Of a DNA stretch of 64,000 bases, positions 57,868 through 64,000 are shown one piece after another. Each line of letters starts with the position of its first letter. Within the stretch, counting starts at the first letter, position 1. Source of the DNA: an uncultured virus (IMG/VR IMGVR_UViG_3300009181_007169) (taxonomy: Duplodnaviria; Heunggongvirae; Uroviricota; Caudoviricetes); IMG/VR virus record IMGVR_UViG_3300009181_007169; one strand, written 5' to 3'. Position numbers and translations under genes: made by a program. The notes below the pieces were generated by a model that was not told where the DNA came from, made no database searches, and saw only the letters and a program-made list of their open reading frames with translations.

Positions 57868-59646
57868 TTATTCCTCCATCCCAGTAACTTTTGGTGTAGA
57901 CCATCCAAGATTCTTTAAAGCATTTTGGATTTCAGATGCACCGCTTAAATCTGCGCTTGCTCCTCTTACTGATGGGTTGAAGGCAATCCCAGAAGAGGCA
58001 GTTCGTACAGAGCTTGAAGAAGCTGCGTACTTTTCAGCGTGAGCTGCTGCTGAATTAAGCATAAGTTGTGTTTGTTTGATCATTGCTTTAACAGTCAAAC
58101 CGTCTTGAAGCCATCCTTCAACAAGTGAATCAGCTTCATGTGCGGGAAGAATACCTGCTGTTGCAAGTTTTGTAGTCATGGAATAAGCTGTCTTGAGTCT
58201 GGCTTTGTAAAGCTCAGCTTCTTTTGCCATTTTTTCTTCAGCTTCGATAACTAAGTCATCAACGTGAAGTTTGTTTTCTGCTTTGTCTTCCATATCTTCT
58301 TCCTCATCCTTTTCAGCGTATGATGCACCTTTCATCAATTTCCTTAGCATAGCTACGTATTGATCATCTGTTGACGCATGTTTTGCGTGGTGCTCTTCTT
58401 CCAATTGATCTTCAGTTGTCACCATAGTTTCTTTTTTGCTTGTGGTTTTCTTATCTGGATCAGTAATATTAGTGTTTTGAACGAATCCATTTTCAGTATT
58501 CATAACACCTGTTTGTGTATAATGCTCTCTATCTTCACTTGCTGTTTTAATTGCCTTGAATAAATCCAAGCCTTCAGCATAGGTAAGTTTGCCAAGATCT
58601 TCATCTTCTACACCTGCTTGTCGAAGAGCAAATGCAAGCGCTTCCTCAGCGGCATCTGCATCAAATTCTCCAAGCTGAGAAGCATTAACTGTTTTCTTCA
58701 TTGGAATTTTCATTTCTGAAGGAATTTTTGGACCTTTACCTTCGTAAAGTTCTTGATTTCCTTGTGATGGAATTTCAAACGGATTGAAATCTAATTCAAA
58801 ATCTGCGGCATCTGTTGGGGTGCCATCAAATTTGAATGTTTTCAATGATTCTTTGAGTCCTAAGTCTGGTTTTAAACCATCTACTAATGTAGTAAAATTA
58901 GGAATTTCAATGTCTGCATAATTTAGAGTGTCGATATCTGAATCTTTAGATCCGCCGAAACTTGTAGTATCATAAAAAGTTTCTTCAGTGTATTGTTCAC
59001 TTTTATCGTGATCAAATCCTTCAGCCTTTTTAACGTGATCTACATCTTCTTCAGCGATAGATGCCAGAATAGTTTTTCTAAGTGCCTTTCGAGCTTCTTT
59101 GTTATTCATGTTTTTTTCTCCTTGAGGGTTTTCTTTGTTGTGACCCATTGCATGATCCTTAGATTGTGCATCAGTGTCACCCAGAACGCTTTCGAGAGCT
59201 TTTTCTACATCTCTAATTTTGTCTGCAGGGACTGTGATGTGGATCGTAGCGATTTCATCTTCACCTACTTCGTCATCGTCATCTTGAGCGTCATCTTCGT
59301 AATCTTCATCGTCATCTGAAAAATCAATTTCTTCATCTTCTTCTTCCAACTCATCACGATCTTCATCTTTGTATTCTTCGTCGAAGTTATCGTCGTCATC
59401 GGTCATTTTACCAATAAAATCTTCAGGCATATCATCTTCATCCAAACCCTCTGATTTAAGTAATTTTGGAAGAAACATATCTCTGATTGATGTTGCCACT
59501 TCTTCAGCTTCTTCTTTATCCATTGCTACTTTTCTCATGAGATCAGATTTACACGCAGTTAATTCATCTTTGTCAGATGAAACGATTTCGTGTATTTTCA
59601 TTGCCCTTTTTATTTGATTTAATTGTTCGCTTTGACCGTTTATCAT
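57868..59646 (-). CDS. Prohead scaffolding protein
   Basis: Very acidic, low complexity, helical C-terminus, between protease and capsid genes. Confidence 0.65.
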   Translation of the reverse strand: MINGQSEQLNQIKRAMKIHEIVSSDKDELTACKSDLMRKVAMDKEEAEEVATSIRDMFLPKLLKSEGLDEDDMPEDFIGKMTDDDDNFDEEYKDEDRDELEEEDEEIDFSDDDEDYEDDAQDDDDEVGEDEIATIHITVPADKIRDVEKALESVLGDTDAQSKDHAMGHNKENPQGEKNMNNKEARKALRKTILASIAEEDVDHVKKAEGFDHDKSEQYTEETFYDTTSFGGSKDSDIDTLNYADIEIPNFTTLVDGLKPDLGLKESLKTFKFDGTPTDAADFELDFNPFEIPSQGNQELYEGKGPKIPSEMKIPMKKTVNASQLGEFDADAAEEALAFALRQAGVEDEDLGKLTYAEGLDLFKAIKTASEDREHYTQTGVMNTENGFVQNTNITDPDKKTTSKKETMVTTEDQLEEEHHAKHASTDDQYVAMLRKLMKGASYAEKDEEEDMEDKAENKLHVDDLVIEAEEKMAKEAELYKARLKTAYSMTTKLATAGILPAHEADSLVEGWLQDGLTVKAMIKQTQLMLNSAAAHAEKYAASSSSVRTASSGIAFNPSVRGASADLSGASEIQNALKNLGWSTPKVTGMEE

Positions 59647-59711
59647 TTTTATTGTCCTATTGTTTTATAGTCGATATTTAATCTTTCTATTAACTTTATC
59701 AATTCTCCTTT

Positions 59712-62700
59712 TTATTGCATCCAAGTAATGCTTGCTTCGAGCATTCCTGGTTCATTTTCAACTTTTTTAACTTCTGCTACAGCTACAGTTCCGCAGTTGT
59801 AGCAATATGTTTGTTTTTGTCTCTTGGATGCTGTTCTTGAACCACAAGCTGGGCAAATCATACCCACTGGAAGTTTAGATGCAGCTTCTTTAACAAAACC
59901 ATCTGATAAGGCATTTGCGTAAACATCTGCAGAAGTTTTATAGGCTATTCTTGTCATAATTCTTTGATTTGAAGCAAGTGCAGGAGTAGCGGGAGCAGCT
60001 GGTGCACCTGGAGTTGCCGGAGCAGGAGGTACAGCTGCCATTCCAGCTTCTGCACTACCAATTCCACCCTCTGGAGCCATTGGCTCTTCAGGAAGCTCAC
60101 TCATGTCCATGCCGCCTGACTCTTTTTCATCAGGAGGTGCTACTTCTACAATAAATTTATATGTTAATTGTGCTTGGCACGAATTGCAGTTGCCAGTACC
60201 ATTGGCTATGTCAATATCTTTTGAGCCACATTGAGGACAGATTGTGCCCCAAGGAGCTTTATTTCCTGGTTCTGGGGATTCATTTATATTGTCCATACCT
60301 AATCCCGCATCTGGGCTACCACCTGTAAGCGAACCGACACCCATGTCTGCAGACCCTCCTGCCATTCCGCCTAATGAGTCCATTTGAGGAGTTGCTGGAG
60401 CAGCAGGTGCACCTCCAGGAGTAGCGCCGGGAGCTCCTGGTAAGCCTAATCCTTGTGCGATTTTAACAACATTTTGGAGTCGCGCAATTCTATTTGCGGA
60501 TTTATAAGATTCAGACATTACCATCATTGCTGGTTGTAGAATTTCTCCCACACCACTTGTTTCCATGTCCATGTCACCTAAACCTAGCTCTGGTCTATTT
60601 GACATCATTGATCTGTCTGGATCAACATATTCATCAGTTATAATTTCTTCTGATAGCATTTCTGGGTTGAAAGTTTTTGTTGCTCTTGTGCTTACTTTCC
60701 CGCAAACAGTGCCATCCTCATTAACACAAATGTCTGTTAAAGCAAAAGTATTAGGATCAACTGAATAACCAGAATTTGACAACAAATCAACTGCAAATTC
60801 TCTAAATTTATCATTAAACGCAGCATCTTTAACATTTGCACCAATATCTTTCAGAGTTGCATAGATTGTGGTTGAGTGAGTAGTTTCATCAACAACTTTA
60901 ATTTCAGAAGTTCTTATAGATTTGTTCAATACACCTCTAGCTGCTTCTTTGTAAGAACAGAAAAGTTTAGCTGCTAGGGCAATTTTTTCTGTAGGAATGT
61001 TGTTTTGAATTGCAACATCTGCCAGCCAACCAATAATATTTGATTCAATATTATTTTTGGATGCCACTTTTGTCAATCTTGATTTCGCTCTTGCCACAGC
61101 TTTCGATGGTAATCTGGCATCGTTAATTCCTGCCGCAAGATTATCAGCTGGCATAGAATTAACAGAATTAATCATTTCATCGGGTTGAGCACCCATATCC
61201 TCTCCTGCAAGAGAAAGACCTGTAACAGCACCTTTCATGGCATTATTGTCAATCATTTCATCATCTTCTAGAGCACCTTTCATTTCATCTTCTTTTCCTT
61301 CTGGCTCTGGAGCTACTTTTTCAAGAAGTTCTGTTAATTTTTCAACTGCTGTTTCAAAATTTTCTTTAATAACTGTTAAGGCTGAAATAATTTCTCCTTC
61401 AGTTGTTTCTTCTGTAGCAGTATCAGCAACATCTTCAATAGCTGCTTGCTCCATAGGTGGTTGCATTTCTTCACCAATCATATCTGGAGCTTGTCCAGTT
61501 AAAGCTGCATCTTTCATGCCATCTTCTAGCTGAGTATCCATTTGTGCAAATTTATTCATTATGCTTTCATATTCTCTAGCTTCTTTCCCAAGACGAGCAA
61601 GTTTTAAAATTTTTCCAAAGTTTTTGTCAGATGCTGATTTAGTTAAAAATTCAAGAACTTTTTCTGGAGATTCTTTTGTTGCCAAACATGTTCTGACAAC
61701 ACCATCCATAACATTGCACATAATTTCTTTACCTGGTACAGTAGAATGACCAAAATTTGGATGAAGCATATCTTCTAAAGGTTCATGTCCTAAACCTTTT
61801 TGAGCTTGATTTGAAAGTTCTGTTACAATTCTTACAAGTTTTCCTGTTTGCTGACCACCTAGAAGCTTTTCCATAACATTGTCTTCAACTGTGTTATGTC
61901 TTCGTTCATCAAGTTTTGCTTGATAAGTGTTGTTGTCATTTTTAACGTGATCATTTTTCAAATCTTTAAAAATGGAAACATGCTGCTCAGTTCTTCCATT
62001 AGAAATATGTTCATCCATTATAATTAAAGTGTCAATTTCATTATTTTTTTGTGCTGTTCTAACTGTGCTTGAAAAATCTTTCAAAAGATCAGCAGCAACT
62101 CTATATCCATCACCGTTTTCTAATTGTGCAAACTGTACATCTGTCAAATTAGGTGTCCAATTTGTCAAATGACCATTGTGATAGCCTTTGATACCTTTCT
62201 CTGTAGATAAAACAACTCTGTTACCAGTGTTGTCATCTACTTTAATGTCAACTGCGAGTGTCGCTGTATTTTGTTTTTTCAAATCCTGAGCAATTTTCTT
62301 GAAATGATCCATAATTTTTTTGTCTCCAGTAGAAGCTGTTAATTTATCATTCTGAGGAACATTAAATGTCACCTCATTATTTTTTTCGGGAATTCCACAG
62401 GCTTCCCTTAAATTGTTTATAGCAATAGCTAATTTCCCTAACTTATTCAGTTTAGAATGTTTAGTTTCAATTATTTCATCAGCAGTGTTATTAGAAGAAG
62501 CCCATACCAATCTCACATTATTTGAACTAGCGCTTACTCCACCACCAATTGGCATAACATATTGTTGTTGAGAAAATGGTGCAATTAATTTTCCAACAGA
62601 AGGTTGCTCAAATTCTGCAGTTTGAGTCTGTAATTGTGGGGCGGCGTTGGGAGCTTGCTCAGGTTGCCCTGGTTGAGAAGGTTGAGCAGGTTGAGCAGGA

Positions 62701-63941
62701 ATCTGGGGTTGTGCAGGAACCATAGGCTGAGCGTTTTTTTGACCAGCTGTCTCAATCCCATCATCAATCATATCTTGAAGAGTATTTTGAAGTTCCCCCA
62801 TTGCTTTAGTAAGTTTTGCAACATGACCTAAGTCAATATTATCTTTTCTTGAAAATAAATTCAACACTGCAACTTCAAGAAAATTTAGTGCAAGATTAAC
62901 TAAATCTAAAATATTTAGACTGCTTGAAGGATCAATGCCAAGACCTTGAAGAACCTTTACTACAGTTGCATTTTGTGCTCCTGTACCACCCATTAGTTGT
63001 CCTCCAACAAGAGTTCCTGCGGTTTGTGCAATTTTAATTATGCTTCTATTGAGATTTTGTAATTGTCTTAGTGCATGCTCTACTTCTCTTTGTTGATAAA
63101 TGCCTTCATTCATAGATGCAGCTAAAGAAATTGAAGAATTTAAAGATTGCGCAGTTTTAATTGCTGTTTCTGCTTTTTGTAAAATTTCATCCTGATCATA
63201 CAACTCAATAATTTCACACGATTCGAAAGCACCGTCTCCTACACATGAAAGCTCAATAAATTTTATGCCATAGTTATATTCAAAAGCTTTTTTACCAGAA
63301 GGGTGCATTTTGCCTTTATATTTTTTAAGACAATCACAATAATCTCTTTCAGTTGTGGCTTTGTTACCACAAATTGAACAAACACCTTCGTCCACAGAGC
63401 ATCCCATACTGACATCATGAATATATCCTTGCCTTACTCCCCTGGCTATATCTGGATAAGCGTCTTCATCAATGAAGAAAACACAATAGACACACTTCTC
63501 ATCATCATCCCACTCTGCATAAACGACCATACCTTTAGCTTCTTCAATATTGTCATTTTTGTGGTTTGTGTAAATGGGTACACCTTCAAAAGTTTTATAA
63601 GCAGGCATTTTTTTGCCTTGATAATCTACATCTTTAGTCAGTTCTTCTTCGCTAAAATAGTCACCATTTGTGTTGCACACATCAGCATCAATTGATCTAG
63701 CTCTAACCCATAAAAGGTTAGCGCCGTTTCTCTTTTTCATTTCTTTGATTATGTCAAAATCTTTATACTTTTCTAAAACTTCATCAGCATTTGCATATAG
63801 AGATTGCAAACCAATTTTTGCTGCTTCTCTTATCGAAGAAGAAGTTTTAATCATTGAATTATTAGTTAGGGCTGATCTATCTTTTTTATCTATTAAAGAA
63901 CTGATAGAAATCATTCCGCCGCTTATGCCTCGTTTTATCAT
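59712..63941 (-). CDS. Prohead protease-like protein with long scaffold-like extension and C-terminal Zn ribbons
   Basis: N.NGD.F...EL, YKTF.G.PIY.NH.N, KG.V, DVSMGC.V....CSICGN, F.ELS.V..GA pattern (HK97/herpes-type protease His/Ser); CPQCG..CNSC and CPACG..CYNCG. Confidence 0.75.
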   Translation of the reverse strand: MIKRGISGGMISISSLIDKKDRSALTNNSMIKTSSSIREAAKIGLQSLYANADEVLEKYKDFDIIKEMKKRNGANLLWVRARSIDADVCNTNGDYFSEEELTKDVDYQGKKMPAYKTFEGVPIYTNHKNDNIEEAKGMVVYAEWDDDEKCVYCVFFIDEDAYPDIARGVRQGYIHDVSMGCSVDEGVCSICGNKATTERDYCDCLKKYKGKMHPSGKKAFEYNYGIKFIELSCVGDGAFESCEIIELYDQDEILQKAETAIKTAQSLNSSISLAASMNEGIYQQREVEHALRQLQNLNRSIIKIAQTAGTLVGGQLMGGTGAQNATVVKVLQGLGIDPSSSLNILDLVNLALNFLEVAVLNLFSRKDNIDLGHVAKLTKAMGELQNTLQDMIDDGIETAGQKNAQPMVPAQPQIPAQPAQPSQPGQPEQAPNAAPQLQTQTAEFEQPSVGKLIAPFSQQQYVMPIGGGVSASSNNVRLVWASSNNTADEIIETKHSKLNKLGKLAIAINNLREACGIPEKNNEVTFNVPQNDKLTASTGDKKIMDHFKKIAQDLKKQNTATLAVDIKVDDNTGNRVVLSTEKGIKGYHNGHLTNWTPNLTDVQFAQLENGDGYRVAADLLKDFSSTVRTAQKNNEIDTLIIMDEHISNGRTEQHVSIFKDLKNDHVKNDNNTYQAKLDERRHNTVEDNVMEKLLGGQQTGKLVRIVTELSNQAQKGLGHEPLEDMLHPNFGHSTVPGKEIMCNVMDGVVRTCLATKESPEKVLEFLTKSASDKNFGKILKLARLGKEAREYESIMNKFAQMDTQLEDGMKDAALTGQAPDMIGEEMQPPMEQAAIEDVADTATEETTEGEIISALTVIKENFETAVEKLTELLEKVAPEPEGKEDEMKGALEDDEMIDNNAMKGAVTGLSLAGEDMGAQPDEMINSVNSMPADNLAAGINDARLPSKAVARAKSRLTKVASKNNIESNIIGWLADVAIQNNIPTEKIALAAKLFCSYKEAARGVLNKSIRTSEIKVVDETTHSTTIYATLKDIGANVKDAAFNDKFREFAVDLLSNSGYSVDPNTFALTDICVNEDGTVCGKVSTRATKTFNPEMLSEEIITDEYVDPDRSMMSNRPELGLGDMDMETSGVGEILQPAMMVMSESYKSANRIARLQNVVKIAQGLGLPGAPGATPGGAPAAPATPQMDSLGGMAGGSADMGVGSLTGGSPDAGLGMDNINESPEPGNKAPWGTICPQCGSKDIDIANGTGNCNSCQAQLTYKFIVEVAPPDEKESGGMDMSELPEEPMAPEGGIGSAEAGMAAVPPAPATPGAPAAPATPALASNQRIMTRIAYKTSADVYANALSDGFVKEAASKLPVGMICPACGSRTASKRQKQTYCYNCGTVAVAEVKKVENEPGMLEASITWMQ

Positions 63942-64000
63942 GCCTAGATTATATTTCTTTGAAACTTTTCCTCACCCTCTACGTATAAATAATTAATGAA

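Noticed and set aside
56209..63996. Short overlapping or antisense ORFs within the head genes (e.g. 56209-56799, 56226-56648, 58993-59319, 61237-61533)
   Set aside because: Shadow frames of long genes with no RBS or recognisable motifs.
1..64000. Genome-wide stop-codon reassignment
   Set aside because: Long ORFs are intact in the standard code; TGA and TAG both end genes at tight junctions; no suppressor tRNA is present. Only one in-frame TGA was seen.

Overview
AT-rich 64-kb segment of a large (jumbo-type) tailed-phage genome. The host is probably an Armatimonadota bacterium, inferred from a captured Fimbriimonas-type prepilin gene. The window holds a minus-strand head module (1409-aa prohead-protease-like protein, acidic scaffold, cement protein, 283-aa HK97-fold major capsid protein, downstream LAGLIDADG endonuclease), two blocks of large neck/tail/baseplate genes, an amidase endolysin, and accessory genes (RusA, J-domain, ATE/Bpt-like transferase, secreted RNase, rfbA, feoA, SAM methyltransferase). 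It also holds two minus-strand tRNA arrays (10 and 5 tRNA or tRNA-like genes). Main finding: each array is preceded by a short leader ORF missed by the ORF track (21 and 17 aa, AAGGAA RBS), alternative hairpins and an intrinsic terminator. Each leader's codons match the amino acids of the tRNAs in its own array (Gln/Gly/Ser/Ile/Cys/Phe/Met vs Leu/His/Tyr/Pro/Ala). This looks like multivalent ribosome-stalling attenuation that turns phage tRNA operons on when the matching host tRNAs are depleted. Other signals: a strongly over-represented (C)AGATTGTG(T) motif, a shared N-terminal module plus K/R-x-A motif in many putative head proteins, atypical tRNAs, an in-frame TGA, and candidate leaderless promoters. 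All calls come from reading the sequence by hand; no database search or folding program was run.
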